From NCBI GenBank assembly GCA_976551045.1, contig CDPCPM010000231.1, positions 3,100,001 through 3,164,000 of the forward strand: a stretch of DNA of 64,000 bases, in the 5' to 3' direction. Source of the DNA: Glaucostegus cemiculus (lineage: Eukaryota). This document shows, piece after piece, positions 25,745-39,835 of this stretch. Every line of letters begins with the position of its first letter. Position 1 is the first letter of the stretch. Both the position numbers and the translations under genes were made by a program. Below the pieces are notes generated by a model, which saw only the letters and a program-made list of their open reading frames with translations, made no database searches and was not told where the DNA came from.

Positions 25745-26465
25745 CACGATAAGGGGCCATTCAGCCATTGAGAATCCAAGCTGGCTTTTGATAAAGCAAC
25801 CCACTCAGTCCTTTTCTCCAGTTCTTTCCCCAAAGCGCTGCAATTTACTTTACCTTCAAGTGTTTATCCAACTCTATTTGGAAGAAACAATTGAACCAGC
25901 ATCTGCCACACTTTCAGGCATTGCATTCCAAATTATTGCTGCTCATGGAGTAAAACAGTTTCTCTTTCTGTTACCCTAGATTTCCATCAATCACTTTAAA
26001 TGCGAGTCCCGTGGTCCTATTGTCATGTCTGCTTAGGACATAGAACATTTGACCCATCAAGTCTGTGCTGATTCACAATGCATTCCTACTCCCTCACTAA
26101 TTTTCCCTGTAACCTACTCTATCAACTTCCCCCAGATTCAACCATCACCTACACTTGGGATAATCACAGTAGCCAATTAACTTACCTAGATTTTTTCCTC
26201 TGATAAAGCCGTCATAATTTTGTGCATCTATATCAAATCTCCTCTCAACACAAGGATAACAACCCTCGTTTCTTCAGCCTTTTCTTGTTGCTGAAATCCC
26301 TGATTCCTGAAACCAAGCCAGTAATTCTTTCCTGAGCCTTCTCCCAGGCCTACAATCCTTCTGAAAGTGCAGGGATCAAAACTGGGTATAGTACACGAGT
26401 TGTGGCCTAACCAGTGTTTCACATAGGTTTGCAACCACCTTGTTCTTTGCCACTCTCCTCTTTTA
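25745..26465 (-). mobile_element. Degraded CR1 with a nested SINE tail (~26035-26190)
   Basis: tgccacactttcaggcattgcattccaaatt is the complement of the WNA.PE..AD motif. ORF 26228..26470 carries L.W..P.L-like remnants. The inner segment resembles a V-SINE 3' part (agccaattaacttacc). Confidence 0.65.
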
Positions 26466-26494
26466 ATCAACTGTTTCCACTACTTGTTTTTATC

Positions 26495-26856
26495 TTTCAC
26501 ATAATGACACAGAAGCAGGTCATTCATACCATTGGGTGCATGCCAGCTCCCAGGGGAACAATCCTATTACTCCCATTCCCTGTCTCCTTATTTCCCTGTG
26601 CCTCTACAACTTATCTTCTCTCACCTCTATAAACTCTCCATTGATCCTGAATGCTATTAACGGTCACAAAAGGCAACTTACAACAGCCAATTAACCTACC
26701 TTTTAGGATATGGAAGGAAACCAAAGCACCTGGGAGGAAACCCAAACAGTTACAGGAAACATGCAATCTTCAAACAGACAGCAACCAAGCTCAGGATCAG
26801 ACCTGGGTCTCTGGAGCTGTAAGGTAGCAACGGGAATAGTTGCCCCAACGTGCCAG
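26495..26856 (-). mobile_element. V-SINE (HE1-like)
   Basis: gccaattaacctacc...ggaaggaaaccaaagcacctgggaggaaacccaaacagttacagg...ctgggtctctggagctgtaagg. Confidence 0.8.
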
Positions 26857-29419
26857 CCTCTGATCGGTAAGTTTTTGTACCAACTGCAATTATTCTACCA
26901 GGAATAGTCTTAAGAGTACTTTTGAAGACATTTACAAAATCATAATGGGCTGCTGAAGAGAAGAATGCATTTCCAAAGCTTCTTTCAACTTACCAAGCAC
27001 CCCAGTAGCAGCCAGCAAAAGTGAAAAGAAATTTAACAACAGGGTCTTCAGGAAGTACATTGTTACACAATAGACATATTCTATTTGTCAATGAATTCTT
27101 TTCTGTAGCAATTCAATATTAAGGTAAAATATATGTGATTCCAAAATGGCTCATTGTTAAAAGCAAGTCAAAAATAGAATAGTTTTTGAGAGTAAATGCT
27201 CATCCAGTTCTCCCTCTGTGTGGCCACATTCATTAAGCTGTTGCACACTGATGCTCTTTACAGCTTTTCTGGCAGGTCACTACTGTAATGTTACTTTCCA
27301 TCTTTCTATTCAGCAAACATATTATTCTAGGAGACTTTGAGTCATAGTTACATTTATACTTGTTCAAAGGTCACAGTCTGAGCTGACAATTTGAAAAAAA
27401 AAGTAGGTCCAGGGAAGTTCAATTCTTGGGTCATCCATTATTCCATGGGGTTAATAGCAAATGAATAAAAATATACAAACATACAGATACACCAAAATAA
27501 ATGAGGAATTCAAGGCAACACTGATAATATGTGTGAACACTCATTGCTATAAGAGATACAAATTTTGTTGACAGAATGCAAAAATAGCAGCAAAATCCAG
27601 AAGTTCTAACCATGTTGACAAGACTCGAGATTATTTTCCTTACTGTCATGAGAAACCTTAAAATCAAATGCACATATCATATTCTATCAGTATTAATTTG
27701 TATGCATTCAACCAGATCTAAATTTACTTAATTTTTTCAATGACAGCTCAGAGAAGCAAAGACAAGTTGTACAGCAAGACAACCAGGCCACTGAACATTA
27801 TGGCAAAATATCTTGCCACAGCTTTTCTAAATATTAGATTACTAAACCAATTACTCTGTGGAACTGTTTTATTGTGACGCTGAAACAATTTCTTTCCAGC
27901 AAAATGAAAACTGCTTTCAACATGGATTACTCACAAATTCAGCTAATTTAGTTACATTACATGTTTAATCAAGATGTGGAATTTTGGGGTTGGAATTCTC
28001 CCATCCTGTGTGATCCAGCACCCAGACCAACATTTTGCAGCCCCATGGATTGAAATGAGGTGGAGGCTTCACCGCTGGAGCGGTCCAGCAAGGTCTTCGT
28101 TCTCCATTGGACTCTATACTGAGTTCAGTACAGGAGGTTAGATACAAAAACATCTGACCAGCAGTGGGGATCTAATTTCTGATACACGGGCACAGATGTC
28201 ATAATGATTTGACCTACAGGTAAGATGTGTTCTGAACCACTGGTATAAAGTAAGTTTGTCCTAGCCCATTCTTTTGATAGTCAGCAATCCAATTACAACT
28301 TATTTGTAATCACAACAATTCACCATTTGTATAAGAGTTAGTTGACACTGGCCACACAGGCATCTTTCTCTAAATTAGGAAAAAAGAAGTCTGTTCCTAT
28401 AGCTTTCTCTTTAAATCACAGTGATGAGAAAAATGAGTACAAAAAGCATGAAACAGGTAATTTAGAAACAAAAAGAGTTAGCTCCAACCAAATACAATTG
28501 TGCATCTCAGTGGAATCAAAACAAGTAACTGGAGGCAGCATAGTTTGGAAAGAGAGTCTAACAAACTCTCTCTCCCTCAGGAGTTTTCATCTTCAGAGTT
28601 GTATGAACATAGACTGAACTGAGTCTTGCTGGTAAATGGTGCATGGTAAATGCAGCTGAATTCAGGACATCAGCACATGTGCATCTAAAAGTAGACATCT
28701 CAACCTTGCTGACAGATTCTGGCAGAAAACCCTTCAGTATGCACCGCCGCCAGACTCCACACAGAGTCCAATGTTGGGGCATGAACTTCCTGCGATTTCT
28801 CAGCCCATGCTTATGGATCCTGCTCCAAGTCTAACTCACTACAGGATCCATGAGCCCACTCACTTGTGGACAAAGAATGATAAGGAAAAAAAGCCAGTTT
28901 AATTATTTGTGTCTGCAGTAACATTTTTAATTATTTACAAGGACCTTTTCTTCCCCCAGGACATACTGATTTATCAACTGTTATGATGAATTCTTCCAAG
29001 AATTAAAAATCTGCCAAAGAATGTTATGACTGAATCAGAACTGCTGTATAAACATAAATATGCACTGAAATTAATGGTAGCATGATCAGTAAGAGTTACT
29101 GACAATTCACTAGATTTCACTTACTCTTGTACACTGTATTCTAAAAGTTACATAAGAGGCCTAAGAGATTAGAGTAATCAACCAAACAAATAACATTTAT
29201 TTTTATTTGGCCCACTACTTGCAATCATAAGCAGAATCAAAACTACTGCAATCAATGGGAATGGCTCATGCAATTGAATCTTGGCTAACTTATTGAAAAA
29301 ATAGCCACATTACTCAACAAAATGTGACACTAATTAAAAGATAATTCCCAGCTTTTCCCAATGGCTAAGCACTTTTATTCACTAAATAGGAAAGATCAGA
29401 AAGATCATCTCAGATTCTG

Positions 29420-29620
29420 AGACGGAGCATTTGGGAAATACATAGCAGAGGGGGCAAAAGCACTTCAGGTTAAACTCCTCTTCAGAAACAAAAAATTAAA
29501 GATGAACAACTGGAGTTAGAATCATAAAGGAGGGAGAGAAAACAAACATAATATATGCCAGTGAAAGGTGGGAGTTAATGGATCAAATTATCTGACACCA
29601 CTAATAGATTGTTAGATAAT
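29420..29620 (-). mobile_element. Old Penelope-like terminal fragment with CTGAAGA hammerhead-like core
   Basis: Reverse complement of 29455-29490 reads gtttCTGAAGAggagtttaacctGAAgtgc, followed by a ctctgctatgtatttcccaaatgct tail. Confidence 0.4.
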
Positions 29621-32309
29621 ATGAGAAAGAACTTGTCTTTGGGACAATTAGACGGTAAGAAGACTTTTCCAATATCTTTTTACTCATTGATTTTAAATTA
29701 TCTAACTGTTCATTACTTTTCTTTTAAACAAGTTTTAGTTTATTCAATCTATTAACCTCCTCCCTGTAATTAGAGGTTTACTTGCACTTCTTGCAACAAA
29801 GTTTAACAACTTACTGCAAGAATGGTAAATCGAAGCTTTCATCTATTAACTGAGTTCTGAAAGTTATGCTGGAGAGTGCAAAGGAACAACACATGGAAGA
29901 GCAGTGCATCACTGACTGTAACTTCTGAATTTCCACATTAAACTATAGAATTTCACATTGTAATTTTGCCACCTCTAAGTTACATCAACATTGCAGTCAG
30001 AAAATACATGTCAATATGGCAGCTTCATTACAGAAAATAAAGGGTAAACTGACAATTATCGTTATGCTAACATCAGCTATGAGTAAACAATTAATAAGCA
30101 AGAATGTTAGGTATTATATTTTGGGAGGAAACGTACATAAGGGTATGTACACTTGAAAGAAAGGCACTGAAGCATGTAGAAGAGAGATGATAGTAGGTAT
30201 TCATTTATTACTCGACTGCTGGGAACTATTTAAACTACCCCCTCAAAATCATCATTGACCGGATACACTTCCTTATATTGTCCTTCACAGATCAGGATCC
30301 ACAAGATGCATATTTCTTAACCACCAAGAAAAAGGGATTCATTTATTAATGAAAAGGCTTGATTAAAAAATTCAAATATATCAAGCTGATACCAATGCCA
30401 TGTCAGCCACACACAGATTCCAGCCCACAGCTGTCAACGCACATTATGCTGCAAGAGATCTGCTATGTCTCAGCTGAGTCAGACTAAATTACACCAAGTC
30501 ATTGCAAGATTAAACTGAATTGGAAAAGAGAGCAGAGGTGGAAAAGGTGGGGTGGTGGGAAGCAGGAATATTTCCCTCATTAAAGTGAATAGCTTAAATA
30601 AGTGCAAGTACATAAGATACTACACCTGTAACTTTCAATTTCTTCTGAGGAATGAAACTCTGCATATAAAAATCAAACCGTCAAGCCCAATTGAGTTGAA
30701 TTGTAATTATCATCACATTATTCCATTAAAATTAACCCAATCCTAAATGTACAAATCCAAAATTTTCAACTGCAGAATTATATAAGCAAGTGCAGTAAGA
30801 TTAGTGATCTCAATGCAATCTTTTGTCAAGGACTGCAACAGCACACCCTGTGGACAAGCAGGATATTTCTCTCAGCATCATTTGGATTTTTTGCATATTG
30901 CAGAAGCTGAATGTTACTGTCAGATTTACTCTGAAAGGACCATGAGTTTTGATAATACCGCTGCTATTATTACAGATTATTGTCATTAACACAAACTGCT
31001 GGTTCATACACACCTGACACATTATGCTGAATGCATTCTGAGTTCTGTCTTAATTTAAGAAATAGGAGAACATTTTGCTTCTTCTAGCCACTTGTTCTTT
31101 ATACCAATACCAATCAACCATCCTTGGGAAGGACTGAGTTCATACCTCTAATTAGCAGATTTCACTCACGTTGAGAGGCATTGGCCAACCTAATGCAAAG
31201 GTATACTCAAAAACTTTGATTTCATAGATGGCGGGAGGAGTAAAACAGAGCTAATGATTGGAGAGAAATCAGCTCATATTGCTGTTAGACAGCCAGACTG
31301 TTGCCAGATTTACATCAAAGACAGTAGGAGCTAATGTCAAGTAGCTGGCATAAAAATACAGACCACGTAGGTTGGATTCCCTTTTTAATGTCCTTGAGGA
31401 TGGGATGATGCTTTTAACAAAGGAGCCATTTGAGTAATCCAGAAAGCTCTCGTGTATAATAATTACCCTATTAGTAGCTAAAGGAAGTTTTAGCTGTTAT
31501 TTTTAAATCCTTCTTTACTGCCAATGGAACTTTGTTTCTTTATAACAGTATAATGGCTCATTCATTAGTAGTCGCATTTGTATTTTTCCTGGAAACCTGT
31601 TGGCTCATTCAGTACCAAAATTCTGAAAGGGAATCCATAACATCAAGGTAACTTAGGTGAGACTATGTAGGTTAAAATTCCAGTGTCACTGAAATACACA
31701 AGGGATCATGATGTATGATTAAACAATGGCTATAGATTGCAGAGGAGGCAGTAAGCCAATATCACATGCAGTCAATAGTGTGAGTACTAGCTAACGTTAA
31801 GGCCAGTTTACCCTACCTAAAGCTGGCATGCAACAGTGGTGCCTTGTGTTTAGAACAGCGATGGCTGCCGTGCAGGAAGTGAATCTCACTGGGGAAGCAG
31901 TGAAAAATGAGAGACCAGAGAGCAACATTGTTGAAACTGCAACGGCAACCATGAAAGAAGCACAAAGCAGAGAAATCCAGTGATTTCAGGGAACCAGAGG
32001 CCATCCAGACATTTGCTCACAATCCACTGAAAGCAGATGGACTTGTAACCTCAACAATGGAGCCTTGAAGACCAGAATGCGAAAAGGTCAATGATTCATG
32101 TGAATGTGCCTTGAAATATTTTATTTCAGCAAGTACATCACTCGTTTCAGACACCACTCACCTCACTCATCTGTCAGAAATTGCCAATAATTAGGACTTG
32201 AACCTACATTCAAAAAGGAATAATAAGAGAAAATGCTGGAAATACTTGGGTCAAGCAGCATCTCGACTATTCCTCTTCAATGTTCTTTAATGAGTTTCCA
32301 TTAAGACAA

Positions 32310-32907
32310 CTGGATTGGTAGGTTAAATGGTCACTGCAAAATTCCCCCTGGTGTATAGGTGAGTAGTGTGAGTGGTAGAATCTGAGGGGGGGGGGGGTGG
32401 GTTGGGCATGGGTGGCACATTATGGGAATGCAAGCCACCCACCCGGGACATTCTCCCTTCTCTCTTATCGAGTAGAAGATATAGGAGCCTGAAGGCACGT
32501 ACCACCAGACTTAAGGACAGCTTCTAGCCCACTGTGATAAGACTATTGAACAGCTCCCTTATACAATGAAATGGACTATGATCTCACGATCTACCTTGAT
32601 GTGACCTTGCACCTTACTGCACTCCACTTTCTCTGTAGCTGTGACACTTTACTCTGTACTGTTATTCTTTTTACCTATACTACATCAATGCACTCTGTAC
32701 TGACTCAACATAAACTGCACTGTGAAATAAACTGACCTGTACGATTGGTTTGTAAGACAAGCTTTTCACTGTACCTTGGTACAAGTGACAATAATAAACC
32801 AATACAATAAAATAAGTTGTATGCAAGATTAGTGTAAATGGGTGCCTGGTGGTCAGCATGGACTCAGTGGACTGAAGGGCCTGTTTCTGTGCTGTGTATC
32901 TGTGACT
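32310..32907 (+). mobile_element. V-SINE 3' half split by a Rex/Babar insertion
   Basis: ggtaggttaaatggtcactgcaaaattcccc...gggaatg (to 32430) resumes at ~32811 with gattagtgtaaatgggtg...tggactcagtggactgaagggcctgtttctgtgctgt. Confidence 0.8.
32431..32810 (+). mobile_element. Rex/Babar-like 3' fragment
   Basis: THPGHS...LSSRRYRSLKARTTRLKDSF*PTVIRLLN, then a 3'UTR ending gtgacaataataaaccaatacaata. Confidence 0.88.
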
Positions 32908-35096
32908 ACTTATTCCCACAGATACAATGCAATCCATGTGGAATGCCTACTATTTTACCTTTGTGTGGGAGCAACTGATAGTGCAGCAGCTTATATGTCA
33001 GTTTAACGTCCCGATGCAGCTACCACTCCACTCTCTGTGGATTTTTGAGACTTGAAACAACTATATAAAGCATCAAACACTGGTAAAATTGTAACAATAG
33101 CTAGAAGAAATCAATCAGCAACTAACCTATAATAATGGATCATCCCTATAAGCAGTGCTGGTGGGGGTGTACCTTCCTGCTGCTGAACACATGTTAAGCC
33201 ATGTGATGTTGAGACACGGCAATGACTGGAGTGTTGAGCTCCAAAATGCCAGCTTTGTCATCAGCTCAGCTTCCTATTTGTTTTTACTTTATAAGCTGCC
33301 TGCTCTGCATACTTCCAGCTCATGTTAAGGCCCACACCAAGATGGTGTCTACCACAAATCATTTCACAAAAGGTGCATGTGTGCAAGAGATATCTTTTGC
33401 AGCCAATCATACCGACCAAAAGTGGATACCACAAAACCTAATTTTTGCTGTGCATCTTGGTTTAATATGGGAACTTTAGCTGCTTCACAATCTCCAAATA
33501 ATTCTGATCTTATTCTGTTACAGTCGCTCTGGGTGTTGTAGGATAACTAATCTTTTTGAAGAAGTCATTTATCCTAACATTGCTTCTCTCACTTTAGGGA
33601 AAGAAGAGACTCCAAGATATATTTTAAAGGTTTAAATCTGACAGTGGCTATTGAGGCAAATACAATTCATCTCCTAACTGAGACCAGCCATAACAATTTG
33701 TTGCTAATATTAATTGGCAGCTGAGGTGACATTTATCTGAAGAATGATGAGATGCAGACTTCAACCAAATCAACTATCATTTCTCCCTGAACATACTGGC
33801 TCAGAGTGTGGGGGTGTGGTTAGGTTATTGGTGGTAGGGATCTTCCTCTGTGCACATTTTCCTCATTAAACCAATGTTACCACAATTAGAATCAAACATG
33901 ACAATCAGATTCAACTGTGTTCCGTTAAAATGCAGATTTAAATAACATTCCCTTTTGCTTTGAGTAATTGTATGAACAGCTCAGTCTCCCACCCCCCTTC
34001 CCCCCACAACTCTTTACAAATACAACTAGAATTCTCACATTAACAAGTGTGTGATGAAAGAGTAACAAAGACATCAGGGGCTCCAATTGCTCAAACTCCA
34101 GCTGATTCTACCTGGTTTATACCACCATCTGACTACTTCACTCTCACTAACATTTACAGTAGTCTGTCTTTTATGTCTCCAGTGATCTTTATTTCAATTC
34201 ATATCACACACTTCTACAGCATTGTGATTCCAAAGTTTCTTGCTGAGAATTCATTTTTCATCACTGGGAGAAGTGGTAGAGCTGTATAATTCCAAACTAG
34301 AATTCCATGAATTTGGTCAACAAAGAAAATAAAATATATAATAATAAAATGCTGTTGTATATAACCTAGGAGCTGGAATTGCCTATCAAAATCGCAATCA
34401 TAGTGCAACAAAGATGTTATGAGGCTCAAGCTTTAAAAATAATAAAGATGCTCGATGCCTTTGAGCTGCCTATGAACAAAATGAAAGTAATGTCCTCAGA
34501 AGCTCGGATATAATTTTGTCTTTGAGCCATATAACGAACTGGAAGTGCAGTCTGCCAGGGGTTAAGCACCTGTCTATGGTGGATTTATTGAAGGTGGCGA
34601 AGAATCGCTTCAGTCACTGTCTCATCACATATGTGCAGTGTGCTGTCCTCTGAGGTGAATTACATCAAAATAAATGCTGTTTTAAAGGAAAACCTTGTAG
34701 CATTCCAAGAGTTAAAACCACGTTACTTTCATTGATTAAAATCAAAAGCACCCAAGTGCTGTGCTAAATGCAGACAGCAGTGATGTTATCAAGACGTGTC
34801 GCTGTTGTATTCCTGAATGTGAACAGAGCAGCTAGCAAGCATACAAAGGAAAATCTAAACACTTGCTCCTTTTATCCATTCTTCAGCAGCTCTGCCACAT
34901 GATAGACAAGTTATTTCATCCAACCAGACTCAAGCAGTTGCAAAGGATACACCTTGGCTCTAGGAAATCATTGGCTCCTCTCTGGGGAGTGGAGGGTGTT
35001 CAGTTATTAATGACCGCTGAGCAGGCAGCGCGATGTCAATGTGACAACTGATAGTGTGAAGCATGCACCACTAAGGACTCTGGAATCGAGGGGAAA

Positions 35097-35330
35097 TATA
35101 AAGGAGCTTAGCAGTATTTTCATACACTGGATTGTCAGTCTCGGTTAGACAGCAGATTGCAAACAACGCAAACAGATGCTTATTGTTAGAACACAGCTCA
35201 AATATTGCTGCACATCAGAGAGCAGAATACATGCTTATGGAAACCAATAGTATTTAAAACAAACCCTCGATCACAAGCTCAGAGGAAACCAAGCAAACTG
35301 AGATAGATGTTTTAGGATATTAAGGTAAGC
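35097..35330 (+). promoter_or_regulatory. Candidate TATA promoter and non-coding first exon
   Basis: TATAAAG at 35097-35103 and a strong donor AAG|GTAAGC at 35324/35325, in a repeat-poor, CpG-retaining block (34440-35300). Motif-level evidence only. Confidence 0.22.
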
Positions 35331-36154
35331 TGAATTTTTTTTGAACTTTGATGCTTCATGCTGAATTTTGCTTTGCACCTTATTTCTCATATTCTTATGG
35401 CTAAAACATGTACAGTGAATGCGTGCATTAATTAAACTCTGGTCTTCTGGATCCCCCTCCCAACCAGAAGTATAATGACAATTTGAGATGTGTAAAGTTC
35501 TGATACTTTATTTGCAATATGAAAGGAAAATTCCTCTCTCTCAAAAAAGAAAATGTAACACTGAAGTTAAAACTAAAAAGGATAGTCAATACAAGTACGC
35601 TACTAAAGATATCTGAGGCTTTCATATAGCTAAACCACTGCAGTGAAAAGAAAGCTGTAGCATGTATACCCAGCTAACTGTCTTATTTTTTTTACCAGAA
35701 ATCAACATGGGGCAGGCAGCATTATTTTTAATGATGGACTGGGGTTAAAGCCTCTGATCTTGTCTTTGGAATCAACAGAACCCATCATAGCACTGAGGCA
35801 AATTAGCTTATTACAAAAGCTTCTTGACATTTTGTTTGACTACATTAGCAGGTTGATAGTTAATGATCATCTTTAAAACCAAAAATAGGGCAGTTTTAAA
35901 ATCTGATTACAAACACATTTTGCAGAGGGGTACGATAAGTGTGAATAACACTGCATACACCAGATACTTCCGACTTCCACTGATAATGAAAAAGATCAAA
36001 ATAGGGAAGATTTTAAATAGATTTTCATAGCAGGTGTCATTTTTCTTGTGTGCATTTTGTCAGGCTATCCAGAAATCGTATTGTGATGCATTGCGATGTA
36101 CCAACAAAAGCATTTTTGCTTTCCAATATTGGTAATAAAGCAACACAAGGATGT

Positions 36155-36265
36155 AAGTAGTAAGAAACTGGAGTAGGCCATTCAGCCCTTCATCCCCACT
36201 CTACCTCAGTGTCACTTTCCTGCACCAGCCTTATGTCTCTTCATTCCCTTAACATCCAAAAGTGT
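36155..36265 (-). mobile_element. CR1 3'UTR fragment
   Basis: ggagtaggccattcagccctt...cctcagtgtcactttcctgcac...cattcccttaacatccaaaa. Confidence 0.65.
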
Positions 36266-39019
36266 CCATAATATGCTGCAATTAGCTTCTTTTCCACAAC
36301 TGAATAATTAAATACAGAGCATTGTTTGAGTGGGTCTATAATGACAATAAGGACATTGCCTTTCTGCAGTTAGTTCTAATAAACATTGCACTGGATCAGC
36401 CTTTCTCCTAAATTTGTAGCCCCTTAATGCTGTAGGGCAATCTTATTGGCAGGGAAATTAATATAAAGTCCAAAGCAACATTTCATACATCATTGCAGTG
36501 GCTGGGGAGGAGGCGAAGCAATGTTAGTTGTCTCTTTAACTTTAATGAACCACAGCCACTTCCATTTTCCATCAGGTTGTCAACAAGGCTTCACTTTCAT
36601 TCAAACCACTTTTGTTTAAGGTTTTAAATGCTTATCGAGTGCAATCAAGCAAGACAACACTGATGCTTCTGTAATTGTCATCATTGAGTGTACAAATGTG
36701 AACAGTAGTGGGTGGTATACACATGGCAATAAGTTATTGCCTTCCCTATCACACTGTAACAACCGTAAGACAACAGCTCTTATACTGACAGCTGAAAAAT
36801 GACTATGTATAAATTCTTCAATGGGAAACTGCTTTCCAACTAGTCACTAGCTATGGTCTTCCAAAATGTCACAATCGAAGCAAAGTATGAATTTCTTTAA
36901 TCAAATTCAACTGCCCATACAAGAAGACTGCAGATTATGAAGCTAATTGGTAGTAATATTTGAGAACAATTGTAGTTGTACTTAAGAATGTATAGAGAAG
37001 GTAAAGCGTTAGTAACATTCAGTAAAGAAATGAAAATAACTGCAACTTAAAATATCCTTGTGAGCTATCACAATTCATCAATAAAACAGAATACTAGAGA
37101 ATTTTATAAAGAGGCATAATATTTAAATTGTACATGTTTGCCTTTTCATGCCCACAATCAGTAACTCAAAAAATAACTTGTGTTTACAGCAAATTGAAAA
37201 AAAAAGTTGTCCAGATTTAAACATTGAACAGGGTGCTATCATTGCTTCCACTGTCGTTACATGGGCTTCCAATTTAATCATCTATAACATACTCATTATG
37301 TAAGAGAATTAGGTTTGGAATGTATCACCAAATTGAGTCAAATTCTTTTATGGAATTTAAAGGAAACTCATTGGGTGCCCACTTTAATCTACGTCTACTC
37401 ATTCAGAATAACTCTTAGAAAATTATCAGCAATGGATAAACGTTTGCTGTAAAACCACCATCTCCATGTGCTTCTGTTCTTTTTGAAACACTGGTGGAAA
37501 CTGCTAGGAATGAAAGAACTATCCCAGCAGTTTTTTCCCCCTGACTGGTGGGAAGAATAACTGTAAAATGTTATGACCCCCCCCCCAACCAATTTTGAAA
37601 TTAACATTCAAGTACTATAGTATGCCTGAACACAAAAAAGTGAAAGGGACACACAATTAGTATGGCAGGCTATTGGTACAGGGCTAAATTCTTTCTGTAT
37701 GGCTAAACTCAGCAAGTTCACAATAACAAGTACAAGACAAACATTGTGAGCAGGATAGATTTCACAGACAGCAACATTGTGCTTCATTTGAAGGGAAAAC
37801 AGTGGACACAGTAAAACGTGGAAACATGAGATCTGACAACGGCGGCAATTTGAGTTTGATCTATAAAAATAAATACAAATTGATGATGAATGTCCAAGCA
37901 AGGGCATTTTTATACAATTTACGTGCAGTACCAAATATATAACATTTCAAAATAGTGCCACAGGTGCCAAAAAGAACTTTAAAACCAAGTTTTAGGGAAT
38001 AGAGTAAAGTTTCATTGAAAGATAAACACTCTCATTCCAGGCACCAGCATTCATATTTTATGTGATAAAGTGGTATGAAAGAAGCTTCCCAAGAGGTTGA
38101 ATGAGAAATTAGGAGGACTCACTTTGGGTCAACTTGAGCCTATCCTTATTAACCACACAGAACTACAAATAATTAGTTTGTTCAAATTTGCACTGTTTCA
38201 TGAGTAAAGAACACTAAGTATTCCTAGGACAATGAGCACTTCAGTATTTTAGTTTTATAACATTTTGCTATCAAATATTGATATAGGAAATTATTAACTT
38301 TGACAGTGTTTAGAAATGAATTGATTTTAAATGCCAGCAATCAACAATCACTGATATTTGTACCTAAATACAACATCCTTGTACAGGCACAGTATCTTGT
38401 AAAATTGTCAGAAATAAATCCATCTAGAAGGACAGGGACAACAACAACTTCACGTTTCTACCTGTGTAAACATCATGGTTTATAACAATGAGCACAAATG
38501 TCATCAGGCTAGCACATCATATGGTGTGTAAGCATGGCTGTTGATCTTGAGAGTTAAACTAGAGCCAGAGAAGAAAAAAAGAAATGAGAGAGAGAGCGCA
38601 AAAAACCCCACAAGGATGATAAATGAAGAGAAATTTAAACAACGAGGCAGAGAGTGAATAAAACTTGGAGAGATATAATACAGAAAAAGGAAAGGGCAAA
38701 AATCAAGTTAGAGCATGAAAAAGGTTAAAAAGTGCAACATAATTTTAATTGTGGAAACTGTTTTTATATGCTTTCTTGGTGTGTTTAGTCTTTAAATCCA
38801 AAGGAAAAACAAACTGACAAACCAAATGAAAACACATGTTAGGGGAAAAAGGAGCTGGTGGAAATGATAGCTATGGAACAAAAGCCAACAAGTTAAAGAA
38901 AACTGCCAACACCATGGATTTGAATCAAAACTGGCAACACTGGAATAATTCTCACATGGTACCTTAGGATCAAAGATAACTTGATTCTTCTCCAGTTTTG
39001 GGGAAATAATGTCACTGTG

Positions 39020-39835
39020 GGAAATGAAGATGCTTTGGCAGTTGATGCTGAAGGTGCTTGATGGGGCAAGCATTTAGCTAAGTAGCTGTGAGTTGGTGCA
39101 ACCTTCAGCAATTTACCAAGGCGCCTGTGTGCTCTGTATGCATGGAATTGGTCCTCAATACCATTCCAAATGCTCCTTCTCAACTTTGAGTGTCCAAGGG
39201 TCAGGGATTCCCAAGATCCCCAGGGATGTTGGATTTCTTCAACGAGGCATTGAGTCTTTTCCTCTGTTCTTATGGCAATCTCCCCCTACGACTTAGCTGA
39301 GGATAGAGCATCTGCTTTGGGAACCTCGTGTCAGGCATGCAGATGACTTGGTCTGCCTAATGGAGCAGACTTAAGTAACCAAGACCTCAGTGCTGGAAAT
39401 ATTGGCCCGTGGCAGGACAATAGACAATAAACAATAGGAGCAGAAGTAGACCTTTCGGCCCTTCGAGTCAGCTCCGCCATTTTGAGATCATGGCTGATCA
39501 TCTACTCTCAATAACCTGTTCCTGCCTTGTCCCCATATCCCCTGATTCCCCTATCTATAAGAAACCTATCTAACTCTTCCTTGAAAGTGCCCAGTGTATT
39601 GGCCTCCACTGCCCTCTGAGGCAGTGCATTCCACAGATTTACCACCCTTTGTGAGAAGAAGTTTCTCCTCACTTCTGTCCTAAATGGCATACCCTTAATT
39701 CTTAGCTCATGCCCTCTGGTCCTGGATTTCCCCAACATCTGGAACATATTTCCTACCTCTATCCTGTCCAAAGGGATGTTGGCTTTGTTCATCTTTCCAG
39801 CGAAATTGGAGGATTTTGCAGAAAAATCAAGTGCA
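39020..39835 (-). mobile_element. RTE-clade LINE C-terminal fragment interrupted by a CR1
   Basis: Minus strand reads KILQFRWKD (39830-39790) | VLPRANISSTEV...GRPSHLHA / MPDTRFPKQMLYPQLSRRG...QRKRL...WESLTLGHSK.RRSIWNGIE, which fits RTE 'L.W.GHV.RMPD.R.PK..LY.QL'. Confidence 0.8.
39420..39770 (-). mobile_element. Young CR1 3' fragment nested in RTE
   Basis: Open frame LDRIEVGNMFQMLGKSRTRGHELRIKGMPFRTEVRRNFFSQRVVNLWNALPQRAVEA...FKEELDRFL. Tandem tail acaatagacaataaacaatag. Confidence 0.95.
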
